A stretch of DNA of 64,000 bases, taken from contig CAZQWS010000004.1 of NCBI GenBank assembly GCA_964597355.1, forward strand, positions 8,645 to 72,644, in the 5' to 3' direction. This stretch comes from an uncultured Bdellovibrionales bacterium (lineage in GTDB: Bacteria > Patescibacteriota > Minisyncoccia > Moranbacterales > UBA1568). Positions 49,763 through 58,581 of the stretch are shown here, piece by piece. Below the pieces are notes generated by a model. The model was not told the DNA's origin and made no database searches. It was given only the letters and a program-made list of their open reading frames with translations. The translations under genes and the position numbers were made by a program. The number at the start of each line of letters is the position of its first letter. The first letter of the stretch is position 1.

Positions 49763-50572
49763 CTAGAAGCTTGCCCAGCGAGTGACAACCAAAAAGTAGG
49801 CTACCAGCAGTGCTACAAAACTAGCAATGAAGAAACGGCGGCCACAGAGGCGCAAAGTCCCGTCCATGGTAATTTCTTTTGGGGTAAAGCCGAAATCTTT
49901 GAAGAGAAAAAGAGATTCGTAGAGTCGGACAATGACGACCCAGGTAATGAAAAGGGTAGCGAGAATACCGAGGCCCGGCATCCAGGGGTTGGCGAGTTCA
50001 GCAGAGGCTTTGCCGCCGCCCTGAGTAAACCACTTCACCCAGCCACTCCATTTCATCATGTAGACATGTATGAGGGTGACCACGATGACGAGACGCAAGC
50101 CCCAGCGTTGCCAGAACCACCATGTCCGCCCTTCTAAGAGAGCGATGACTCGCTTGAGGGAAAGAATGAACAGGAAAACGAGCAGGAACACGCCAATGAG
50201 GCCGGCCAGGGTGTAAGGGTTATCGAGACTGTATTTGGCTTGAGGAAACTTGAGGGGGAGGAGGAAATAGCTGACGAAGGCGTGGAGAACCGCGAGGAAG
50301 CCTCCGACAATACCAATTTCTTTACGGTAAGCAAGTAGGTGATCCCAACGGTCAAAGTAGCGTGAGAGTGGGCCAATGAGGAATGTAAAGGCGAGGAGGG
50401 TCATGCCAGCAGTAGCAATAGCCTTGTTGGGGACGAAGAGAGGGTCGACAGTCGGTGGTGCATCAAAGAAATACCCTCGGCGAGTCACGAGGTAGAGACT
50501 AAAGAAAACAACCACTGTAGCAGCTAGTAACGAAGCAATGAAGTAATCGCGAAAACCAGATAGTTTGTGCAT
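49763..50572 (-). CDS. Ferric-reductase-like (MsrQ-like) transmembrane protein
   Basis: YRKEIGIVGG..LH, W..WQR..LIH; multiple TM segments; start MHKLSG at 50572. Confidence 0.65.
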   Translation of the reverse strand: MHKLSGFRDYFIASLLAATVVVFFSLYLVTRRGYFFDAPPTVDPLFVPNKAIATAGMTLLAFTFLIGPLSRYFDRWDHLLAYRKEIGIVGGFLAVLHAFVSYFLLPLKFPQAKYSLDNPYTLAGLIGVFLLVFLFILSLKRVIALLEGRTWWFWQRWGLRLVIVVTLIHVYMMKWSGWVKWFTQGGGKASAELANPWMPGLGILATLFITWVVIVRLYESLFLFKDFGFTPKEITMDGTLRLCGRRFFIASFVALLVAYFLVVTRWASF

Positions 50573-50645
50573 AAGGTTTGTTTTTTCAATTGTCTCACTT
50601 CTCTGAACACCTGTCACGGTCAAAAGGTGGCAATAAGATTCTCGA

Positions 50646-50963
50646 TCACTTGAATTCGAAGAGAATATCACGAAAATTCACAACCCGATCACGTTGGTCG
50701 AGTTCGATTTTTTCTTTTTTATAAAGTTTCATTCGTTCTTTGCGATGTTTGGTGTTAATCCAAATATGTCCATTAGCATACACAATACGATGCCAAGGGA
50801 TATTCTTCTCTCCTTGATCCCAGGCTTTCCCTAAGATGCTCGTGATGCTCTGAGAGGCCATAGTACCGCCACCAGCTGCTCGAGCAATACGACCATAAGT
50901 GGTAACCCTCCCAGGGGGGATGGAGAGGGCGATCTTGAGTACTCGTTCGCTAAAAGTTTGCAT
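50646..50963 (-). CDS. Alkyltransferase-like (ATL/MGMT family) protein
   Basis: IPPGRVTTYG.IA, IPWHRIV (Trp in place of the catalytic Cys, as in ATL). Confidence 0.88.
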   Translation of the reverse strand: MQTFSERVLKIALSIPPGRVTTYGRIARAAGGGTMASQSITSILGKAWDQGEKNIPWHRIVYANGHIWINTKHRKERMKLYKKEKIELDQRDRVVNFRDILFEFK

Positions 50964-51117
50964 AAAGATTTCCTTATTTTGTACATAATAACATTGTTCT
51001 CGCCCGGGGTACTCACTCGTTGTATTATTAGTATACAGTTCGTTTCGTTCCTCGGCGATGCCTCGCTCTGCACTCAAACAGGAAAATCTTTTTGTAATAA
51101 CTTTTATTAAGTGAAGT

Positions 51118-51465
51118 ATGGAATATATCGGAAAGTGCCATTGTGGTGCAGTTAAATTTGAAGTAGAAGTTGACCTGGCCAATGTGATCGAATGCAACTG
51201 CTCACATTGCGCGGTCAAAAGCCTTCTCCTTGCCTTTGTACCTGAGAATCAATTTATCCTTCTTTCAGGCGGGGAAAATCTGACAGAGTATCGTTTCAAC
51301 AAGAAAGTGATCGAACACTTATTTTGTAAAACTTGTGGAGTCCAGCCTTTTGGCAAAGGGCAGGATGAAAAGGGGAATAAAACGGTGGCGATCAATGTCC
51401 GTACCCTTGATGGAGTAGAAGCAGCAGGACTCAACCGTATTCCCTACAACGGGAAGGATGTGTAA
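51118..51465 (+). CDS. GFA/CENP-V family protein
   Basis: GKCHCGAV, CNCSHC, HLFCKTCG, INVR. Confidence 0.92.
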   Translation: MEYIGKCHCGAVKFEVEVDLANVIECNCSHCAVKSLLLAFVPENQFILLSGGENLTEYRFNKKVIEHLFCKTCGVQPFGKGQDEKGNKTVAINVRTLDGVEAAGLNRIPYNGKDV

Positions 51466-51549
51466 ATAGAGCTTTTTCAAGGCTTAGTTTTCCCTGTCCT
51501 TTCATCTTGTCAGTAAAGAAATTTTACGGTAGATTTAAACTCGTTACTT

Positions 51550-51621
51550 TGGGGAGTAGCCAAGCGGTAAGGCAGGGGCCTTTGAAGCCTCCATACGTAG
51601 GTTCGATCCCTACCTCCCCAG
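51550..51621 (+). tRNA. tRNA-Gln(TTG), CCA not encoded
   Basis: TGGGGAG TA GCCAAGCGGTAAGGC A GGGGC CT-TTG-AA GCCTC CATAC GTAGG TTCGATC CCTAC CTCCCCA G. Confidence 0.95.
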
Positions 51622-52005
51622 CTATCCTTCGCTAAAGCTACAGAATAGCAAGCCATCCTTGCAAATTATGGGAAAGGCATATGCATTATTGCTACATTTT
51701 GCTCAGCGACAAATCTCATATCTTTTATTTTGGATCTGCAAATGATTTGAAAGAGAGATTGAAACTTCACAATTCAGGTAAAGTTATATCAACCAAACCT
51801 CATTTACCATGGCGGCTTGTTTGGTATGGAGCTTTTGAAACAGAGAAGCAAGCTCGCGATTTTGAACAATATCTCAAGAAAGGATCAGGCAAATCATTTG
51901 CATATAAAAGACTTGTTTCCGTAGCTTTAAAGAAGGATTTAACTTTTGGGAGGATACCGAAAGGTACTCCGAAGCGTTTCGCGTAGGATACCCTACCTCC
52001 CCAGC
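51608..52005 (+). mobile_element. Putative minimal GIY-YIG cassette at the tRNA-Gln 3' end
   Basis: Exact 15-bp direct repeat CCCTACCTCCCCAGC at 51608-51622 and 51991-52005; 19/22 inverted repeat at 51624-51645 and 51917-51938. Confidence 0.65.
51681..51986 (+). CDS. Stand-alone GIY-YIG nuclease
   Basis: YCYIL..FYFGS..LKERLKLHNSG..STK..PWRLVWY..ARDFEQYLKKGSG. Confidence 0.9.
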   Translation: MHYCYILLSDKSHIFYFGSANDLKERLKLHNSGKVISTKPHLPWRLVWYGAFETEKQARDFEQYLKKGSGKSFAYKRLVSVALKKDLTFGRIPKGTPKRFA

Positions 52006-52011
52006 AAATCT

Positions 52012-52485
52012 ATGGCAGATGAAAATGTTCAAATTCTAACCAAAGAAACGTATCTCAAGTGCCTTGAGAATGCTTCTGGCTCACGTTTGTTTAATTCGCT
52101 CTTTGTTCAATTTTAGGACTCTGGATCAATTGAGGATATTCTGAATGATGGTGAATATTCTTGTGCTTTTTTTGTCAGTAACGTCCTCTTTCTTTTTGGA
52201 TGTATCACGAAACCAGTCGTTACAGTTGAATCCTTGGTAAAGGTGCTCCAAAACGATACTCGATGGTCTATCGTCAAATTTGATGATCTCCAACCAGGTG
52301 ATGTTATTATCTGGGAAAAAGTAAAGTTTGAAGATGGTTCAGAAAACGCCCATTCAGGATTTGCTCTTACGACAGATACGGCTGTATCAACAAGTTCAAA
52401 AGAAAAGATGATTACGCAGCATCCTATAAATAATCGAGGAGTTGATTTTACCTATCGCTTTGATTGGTCTCAAAAACAGTCCTAA
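52012..52485 (+). pseudogene. NlpC/P60-like (papain-fold) protein with an internal TAG
   Basis: ATG52012 MADENV..; single in-frame TAG at 52114-52116; the same frame continues through SCAFFVS, PGDVIIWE and HSGF to 52485. Confidence 0.65.
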
Positions 52486-52505
52486 CTTCGTTTCAGGATT
52501 TCAGT

Positions 52506-52531
52506 AAAAAAATCTCCCTGCAGGGAGATTT
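52506..52531. terminator. Bidirectional terminator
   Basis: AAAAAATCTCCCTGCAGGGAGATTTT between convergent genes. Confidence 0.7.
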
Positions 52532-52543
52532 TATTTTAGAGAT

Positions 52544-54169
52544 TCAGGATTCGTTTTGAACGAGCTTTCCACCGAGTGCTTCGAGAGCCTGATCGATGAT
52601 GGGTGGGTGACTATTTGTCGAGGCTGTTTCGGTTACTCGTACTTCCCAGGGAACACGAAACCCCAAAATTGTAGCAAAGGCAGTGTCGATGGTCAAGCGG
52701 TTCTCTGGCTTCTCGAGACGGTCCTTGTGGAAAGGATATTTTACTTCGAGGATCGCGTAATTTTCCTCGCCAACAACGAGTTCGGTGGTGGAGAGAGCTA
52801 CCCCGAGGGAGGCATTGAGGTGCTTGGCATGTTCGACGATAGCCCGCCATTCCCGACGGATCCGAGAGAGATCCACCGAAGTTGTATTTTCTGTTGAAGT
52901 TTCAGTGGGAACAGCTTCTTTGATGGCAGTTTTTTGCTCCATTGGAGCCCGGCTTATTGACTTGGGCTGGGAATGGACTGGAGCCACATTGGGTGTAGGT
53001 TTTTCTTGCGGAGTTTCTGTCACAGGGTGTGAAGGACCAGTAGAGCCCTTTTCTTCAGGGATGAGTTTTACCAAGGCAATTTCGAGGGGGAGTTCGGGCA
53101 AAGGAGTTACCTTCATCATTTGTTCGGCTTCTTGGAAACGCTCCATGCATTCGACGATACGGTCGCTACCAAGGAGGGCGGCAATTTCACCCAAAGTCTT
53201 ACGTTCGGCTTCGGTAAAGTCGAGAGCGATGGTTTTGAGGCTGGAGGGATCAACCGAAGCATAGAGAGCTTGGCGGAGGTATTGGAGGAGACTTCCCACA
53301 AAGTGAGTCAGGTGAGCGCCATTTTCGCCGAGCTCGCGGACAATTTTGAGGCCAACTGGGAGATTCCTTTGGCCTACAGCTGTGAGTACACCTGTAATAG
53401 ACTCAAGCGTTGTAGCCCCGAGGAGGAGTGCTACTCGGTTAGCCCGGATCGGGGATTCCTCAAGAGTAGCAACTTGAGTAAAGAGGACTTCGGCGTCGCG
53501 CATGCCTCCTTGGGCAGCACGGGCGATTATAAGGAGTGCGTCATCGTCAATATCGATCTGTTCGGCTTTGGCAATTTTTGCAAGTTTCTCCAAGAGACTC
53601 TCGAGGGGAAAACGTCGGAGGTCGAGACGGATGGAACGGGAGAGAATGGTCTCCGGTACTTTAGTAACATTGGTTGTCGCGAGAATGAAGACGACATGGG
53701 CGGGTGGCTCCTCGAGGGTTTTAAGGAGTGCGTTCCAGGCTCCGATCGAGAGCATATGCGCTTCATCGATGATGTAGATTTTGTGAGAACCGAGGACTGG
53801 AGCTGTGGCGATGGTGTCGCGGAGTTCACGGATATTGTCTACACCCGTATGCGAGGCAGCATCGATTTCGATCACATCGAGAGCCTGATGGTTGTTCATA
53901 GCAACGCAGTGGGGACATTTGCCACAGGGTTCTGCTTTAGCAAAAGCACTCTGAGCCGGTCGAAGGGAGCCTCTATCCTTGCAGTTGAGGGCGCGGGCGA
54001 AGAGTCGGGCTAGTGTTGTTTTTCCTGTACCACGAGGGCCAGTCAGGAGGTACGCGTGGGCCACTTTGTCTCGGATGAGACTTTGAGTGAGGACCGTCAC
54101 AACTTGCTCCTGGCTAATGACATCAGCGAAGTGCTCGGGCCGGTATTTTCGGTAAAAAGTGGCAGACAT
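52544..54169 (-). CDS. dnaX: DNA polymerase III subunit gamma/tau
   Basis: YRKYRP, GPRGTGKTT, EPCGKC, EIDAAS, IIDEAHML, LKTLEEPP, GGMRDA. Confidence 0.96.
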   Translation of the reverse strand: MSATFYRKYRPEHFADVISQEQVVTVLTQSLIRDKVAHAYLLTGPRGTGKTTLARLFARALNCKDRGSLRPAQSAFAKAEPCGKCPHCVAMNNHQALDVIEIDAASHTGVDNIRELRDTIATAPVLGSHKIYIIDEAHMLSIGAWNALLKTLEEPPAHVVFILATTNVTKVPETILSRSIRLDLRRFPLESLLEKLAKIAKAEQIDIDDDALLIIARAAQGGMRDAEVLFTQVATLEESPIRANRVALLLGATTLESITGVLTAVGQRNLPVGLKIVRELGENGAHLTHFVGSLLQYLRQALYASVDPSSLKTIALDFTEAERKTLGEIAALLGSDRIVECMERFQEAEQMMKVTPLPELPLEIALVKLIPEEKGSTGPSHPVTETPQEKPTPNVAPVHSQPKSISRAPMEQKTAIKEAVPTETSTENTTSVDLSRIRREWRAIVEHAKHLNASLGVALSTTELVVGEENYAILEVKYPFHKDRLEKPENRLTIDTAFATILGFRVPWEVRVTETASTNSHPPIIDQALEALGGKLVQNES

Positions 54170-54300
54170 AGTGGAGGAGAATAAAGAATATCGAATCGAG
54201 AAAGTCGGAACAATTCAAGGGAAAAAACTAAGAACCAAAAAAAAGAAAAGCAAGAAGCCGCATCGAGACTTCAGAGGCCATTATAACATACGAGAAAACA

Positions 54301-54332
54301 AAACCCCGCTTACCGGTAGGCAGGCGGGGTTT
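54301..54332 (-). terminator. Terminator hairpin after the GtrA gene, with a REP-like palindrome in its loop
   Basis: AAACCCCGC-TTACCGGTAGGCAG-GCGGGGTTT. Confidence 0.65.
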
Positions 54333-54349
54333 AGGATGATTTGGAGGCG

Positions 54350-54865
54350 TTATTTCTTAAACACAAAGAGCTTGTAGCCGATGAAATTCCAGACGAGTGA
54401 GGCACCGGTGGCAAAGAGTTTGGCGACATTGGCCCAGAGCTGGTCAGACAAGCCAAATGGGGCAGCGACGTAACTCGTTATGCCAGTGAGGATCAGGCCA
54501 TTGATAGTAATGCCGATAAGGCTGACGACAAAGAATTGAGAGAATTGAACGCCGGCATTTTTGCCTTCGATGCCAGCGGCTGCCTCTTTGAACGTCCAGC
54601 GCTTGTTCATGAAGTAGCTGTTGACGACGGCTACCGAGAAGGAAATACAGTTGAGGACAAACAAGCCAAGACCGCTTGTGATGCTACTCAGGTACATGAG
54701 GGCGTTCAAAACCGCAAAATCAATACCAGTATTGACTCCACCGACGATGATAAATTTTGAGAATTGCTTGACGAGTCTTGCTATGAGGCCAAGTTTCTCG
54801 GTAGGAGGCGCGACCGGTGCAACGGACGGGACAGTAGGGGCAGTACCCTCAACAGCTTGATTCAT
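54350..54865 (-). CDS. GtrA family membrane protein
   Basis: QFSKFIIVGGVNTGIDF, NSYFMNKRWTF, WNFIGYKLFVF. Confidence 0.9.
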   Translation of the reverse strand: MNQAVEGTAPTVPSVAPVAPPTEKLGLIARLVKQFSKFIIVGGVNTGIDFAVLNALMYLSSITSGLGLFVLNCISFSVAVVNSYFMNKRWTFKEAAAGIEGKNAGVQFSQFFVVSLIGITINGLILTGITSYVAAPFGLSDQLWANVAKLFATGASLVWNFIGYKLFVFKK

Positions 54866-54883
54866 AAATAGGTTATTTAGAAA

Positions 54884-55660
54884 TTATGATTTAGCGGCTA
54901 CTTCTTTCTCGAGCGCCTCCATGTCTCGCATCCACTCATCGAGTGATGAGGAAGAGGTATTCGAAGAGGAAGGGGTTGAAACAGAGGGGGATACTGGTTC
55001 TGTATCAGCTGGAGTCTCATCGAGCGAAAGATCCTTTTTCCAGTCCTCGTGCAAAGCCTTGGCTTCGCGGGATGGTTGTTTGGGAATGGGGATGTTCGGA
55101 TTGAGGGACCCTTTTTGAAGGACATTTTCAATCGCTACCCAGGAGGACTCGAGATTGCGTGGCATGACGACTGCTACCTCATCACCTGGCTCGACGCGGA
55201 AGTAAGTGATTGAAGCGAGGAGTACTCGAAAGGGTTCGCCCTCGACGACAACATGATAATTGCCGCTCTCGTCTTGACTGACAATGCCGAGAGCATGCTT
55301 CCGTTCGATAGGACTGATCTGCTTGTAGATAAATGAACCATCGGGAGTGATAGTGAGTTTGAGGAGATCGCCTTCAACAAGCTTGGATTTTGAAGCGTAG
55401 TTGGCTGGGACGGGGTATTGCTTGCCATCCGTACCAAGCATGATTTGCCCATCAAAAGTGCCTTCAATCATTGTACCGTCATCATCAGATGCAACCTTTT
55501 TTGGTCGGCCGGTTTTTTTCTTACCCTCGAGCTGGAGGAGCATCGCCTTAGCACTTTGAATGGTGCGTTCAGCGTTGAGGATCATATCCCGCAGAGCCTG
55601 AATTTTGGCGCCATTATCAGGAGCGACAATAGAGGAATTTTCGTCGGAAGAAGCATGCAT
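54884..55660 (-). CDS. Conserved hypothetical protein (CPR-type)
   Basis: IEGTFDGQ.M.G.DGKQYPVPANYASKSKLVEGD.LKLTI...GSFIYKQI core, flanked by low-complexity sequence. Confidence 0.75.
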   Translation of the reverse strand: MHASSDENSSIVAPDNGAKIQALRDMILNAERTIQSAKAMLLQLEGKKKTGRPKKVASDDDGTMIEGTFDGQIMLGTDGKQYPVPANYASKSKLVEGDLLKLTITPDGSFIYKQISPIERKHALGIVSQDESGNYHVVVEGEPFRVLLASITYFRVEPGDEVAVVMPRNLESSWVAIENVLQKGSLNPNIPIPKQPSREAKALHEDWKKDLSLDETPADTEPVSPSVSTPSSSNTSSSSLDEWMRDMEALEKEVAAKS

Positions 55661-55965
55661 AATGTTTGTCTTTTTGTTTGAAAAATGAGCGATCTTTTCA
55701 GCTCACTCTTTACAGGGTCATTATAGAAGGTTTTTCTGTCAACTGCAAATAGCTTGTATTTACTAAAAATCTTTTGGAAGTAAACATTACGGTTCTTGAC
55801 TCTATTACACAATCGTTGGAATACAATCTAAACGATGTAACTGAGCTTTTTGCCTGTTTTGCCCCATGGGTGTATCTGGGCTTGACAAAAAATGGTATTA
55901 TGCTAATATAAATTGCCTTTAAAAAAGTAAGGGTATCCATCTATTTTCTCTCGTTTGAAGCGCCT

Positions 55966-57039
55966 ATGAATCAAGTAGCTACTACTCCCAAAGAAGTGCC
56001 AGCTAATCCAGTCTCTTGTCAGTCTTTTCTGGCCAGTCTTTTGAAGCGTTTTCCTGAGCGTTCCCAGGCTATTTTTGGTTTGCGTTTTGGACTGGATGGA
56101 AGCGAAGAAAAAACCTTGGAAGAGATCGGACAGACATATGGCATCACTCGTGAACGTGTCCGTCAGGTCGTTGATGTCCTTTTGAAAAAAATGCGAGCTG
56201 AACTCGCTGACAAGGAAACTCATCCAGCTGTTACCCGGATTACGACTCTTTTGCGCGAGCATCACGGGATCATGACGCTTCTAGCGATGAAAGATAAACT
56301 TGCTGGCAAAGACGCTCGTGAAGGCCAGGCGCTTTTGGCACTCCTCACGATGCTTCCAGGCGTCATGTCTCACAAGGAGGCCAAAGACGAAAAACCATTT
56401 GTAGCAATGACAGATTTTGACATGGTTCGTTGGAACAAAGTGATTGACACAGCAGTCGTTGTGCTTAAGAACGAGAGTGATGTAGTGGATTTCAAACAGT
56501 TGTTTGTGTTGGTGGCCGCTGCGCTTCAGGGGCAACTTACGCTTGAAGAAACAGAACTCAAGGACTACCTCGCTCCTTCAAAAAAGATTGAGGAAAACGT
56601 TTTTGGTCGTTATGGTCTCTCGATTTGGGAAAGTATCCGACCTCGTGGCACTCGCGAACGCGCCCACCTTATTCTAAAGGTATTTGCCAAGCCGCTCCAT
56701 TTCCGTGAAATTGCTCGTCTTATCGATGAACATGGTTTGTACAAACCTGGCAAGAAAACGCATCCGCAGACGGTACACAATGAGCTCATCAAGGATAAGC
56801 GATTCGTCTTGGTGGGGCGGGGGACCTATGCGCTCTCTGATTGGGGGTATACTCGGGGAACGGTACGCCAGGTTTTGGCCAATATTTTGAAAGAACATGA
56901 GGAGCCGATGTCTCGCGAAGAACTTCTGAAAGCAGTCCTCAAAGTCCGCCAGGTCAAAAAATCTACGGTGATCATCAACCTGAATACTTTTTTTACCAAG
57001 GTTGGCAAGAATATTTACACTTTGCGCGACAGCAAATAA
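55966..57039 (+). CDS. Sigma70 region-4 HTH fused to C-terminal winged-helix (HARE-HTH/RNAP delta-like) domains
   Basis: RFGL..TLEEIG..YGITRERVRQ; PLHFREIA; QTVHNELIKDKRFVLVGRGTYALSDWG. Confidence 0.8.
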   Translation: MNQVATTPKEVPANPVSCQSFLASLLKRFPERSQAIFGLRFGLDGSEEKTLEEIGQTYGITRERVRQVVDVLLKKMRAELADKETHPAVTRITTLLREHHGIMTLLAMKDKLAGKDAREGQALLALLTMLPGVMSHKEAKDEKPFVAMTDFDMVRWNKVIDTAVVVLKNESDVVDFKQLFVLVAAALQGQLTLEETELKDYLAPSKKIEENVFGRYGLSIWESIRPRGTRERAHLILKVFAKPLHFREIARLIDEHGLYKPGKKTHPQTVHNELIKDKRFVLVGRGTYALSDWGYTRGTVRQVLANILKEHEEPMSREELLKAVLKVRQVKKSTVIINLNTFFTKVGKNIYTLRDSK

Positions 57040-57048
57040 CCTCTCTTC

Positions 57049-57070
57049 TGGCTCACCGTGAGCCAGTTTT
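57049..57070 (+). terminator. Intrinsic terminator
   Basis: CTGGCTCAC-C-GTGAGCCAG followed by TTTT. Confidence 0.6.
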
Positions 57071-57288
57071 GTCTACTCTTGCTCTAGGATTCTCTATTAT
57101 CAAACGAAGTGAGAGAAATGAAAGTAAACTTTCGTTTCCGAGCGAGTGCTGATATCAAGGAGTGAGCCTATGGTAGTCCTTATTAAGGAATACAAAAGAG
57201 AACTTTATGCTCTATAGGCTAGCTTGCTTTATAAAAACTCTTTATACTGAAGAAGTGTAACTGGGCAACGACCCAATAAATTTTTCGG

Positions 57289-58566
57289 ATGGCCGAATTC
57301 TTCTCCAACATAGCTTTTGCCTTTTCAATAGTCGGAAACGTGTGGTACATCGTCTTTCCGCCGTTTTTGTATTTTCTCTTCATGCTGTTTTGGATGGATC
57401 GGATAAATGGGATCTACGCTTCCAAGCTTGAGTGGGTGTTGCTCGAGGTTATTCCTTCACGGGAGGTTGAAAAAAGTCCACATCCGATGGAGCTTATCTT
57501 TTCGGGTTTTTCGGGTGTTATCAAAAGCCCTTCGACGATTGAAGAATATGTACTTGGTGAATTTCCTACGAGCTTCAGTCTTGAAATGGTGGGGACTGAA
57601 GGTAGAGCTCATTTCTATATTCGTACCCTGAAAAATTTCCGGAACTTGGTGGAGGCTCACTGTTATGCTCAGTATCCCGACATTGAGATTGTCGAAGTAG
57701 AGGACTACACCAAGGCAGTACCACGTTCCATCCCCAACAATGAATGGGATCTTTGGGGCGTGGAATTCAAGCTTCTCAAGGATGATCTGTATCCTATTCG
57801 AACGTATAAATTTTTTGAAGAAAGCGTGACGGGGAAGATGATTGACCCGTTAGCTGGACTCGTTGAGACGATCGGCAAGGCCGGACCTGGTCAGCATATG
57901 TGGCTCCAGATCATTGTGACTCCGATCAAAGAAGATTGGGGACCCAAAAAGGGCCAGGCAACTATCGAGGCTTTCTTGGGACATGAAGAGGTAGAGTCCC
58001 CGGGGATTTTGGCGCGCATTTGGCATGATATTGCGGAAGTGTTTTCCAATCTCTTCACAGCGCTCTTGGGTAAGGAGATTGAATGGACGAGTCTGGGGGA
58101 GACGGCTGCGAAGGATGAGGCTCCAGTGGAGTTTCGCTTGACTCCAGGTCAGAAAGACGTCCTGAAGGCGCTCGAGAGCAACATTGGAAAGCCAATGTAC
58201 AAGGTCAAGATGCGTTATCTCTATGTCGGTAAACGTGAGGGTTTTTCCAAGACAACAGGTGTCTCGTCGTTTATGGGCGGGATCAAACAGTTCAACGATC
58301 TCAATCTCAATAGCATGATTCCGGATGATTTGACCAAGACCTATGCGAGCTATCTCTGGGTGGACGCACGGACGCGATATCGCCAGCGCAAGCTCTTCCG
58401 TCGGTACATCACCCGTGATACCGATGACCAAACTAATCGTTTTCTCTTGTCGTCTGAAGAGTTAGCGACGTTGTTCCATATCCCAGACATGCAGGTGGTG
58501 GCTCCGTCTTTGACCCGTGTCGTTGCCAAACGGGGTGGCGCGCCATCCAATTTGCCAGTACTCTAA
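57289..58566 (+). CDS. Conserved membrane-anchored partner of the coupling-type ATPase
   Basis: N-terminal TM, SFSLEM, AQYPDIEI.EVEDY, YPIRTY, EELATLFHIP; 15 nt upstream of the ATPase. Confidence 0.7.
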   Translation: MAEFFSNIAFAFSIVGNVWYIVFPPFLYFLFMLFWMDRINGIYASKLEWVLLEVIPSREVEKSPHPMELIFSGFSGVIKSPSTIEEYVLGEFPTSFSLEMVGTEGRAHFYIRTLKNFRNLVEAHCYAQYPDIEIVEVEDYTKAVPRSIPNNEWDLWGVEFKLLKDDLYPIRTYKFFEESVTGKMIDPLAGLVETIGKAGPGQHMWLQIIVTPIKEDWGPKKGQATIEAFLGHEEVESPGILARIWHDIAEVFSNLFTALLGKEIEWTSLGETAAKDEAPVEFRLTPGQKDVLKALESNIGKPMYKVKMRYLYVGKREGFSKTTGVSSFMGGIKQFNDLNLNSMIPDDLTKTYASYLWVDARTRYRQRKLFRRYITRDTDDQTNRFLLSSEELATLFHIPDMQVVAPSLTRVVAKRGGAPSNLPVL

Positions 58567-58581
58567 AGTGAAGCTGCTTTT

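Noticed and set aside
52114-52116. Stop-codon reassignment (TAG readthrough, or TGA=Gly code 25)
   Set aside because: Core genes end normally at TAG (pilB, gatA, gatB) and TGA (tmk, rnc, mnmA) and are full length under code 11.
53120-54013. Long antisense ORFs (297 aa opposite dnaX; also opposite smc, the antiporter, dnaE, gatB and the coupling ATPase)
   Set aside because: These are shadow frames of well-supported genes, with no independent motifs.
57100-57260. Possible ncRNA (6S/SRP-like) here, and in the hairpin upstream of dnaE at about 36604-36648
   Set aside because: Only weak local pairing and no diagnostic motif that I could recognise. An Rfam search would be needed.
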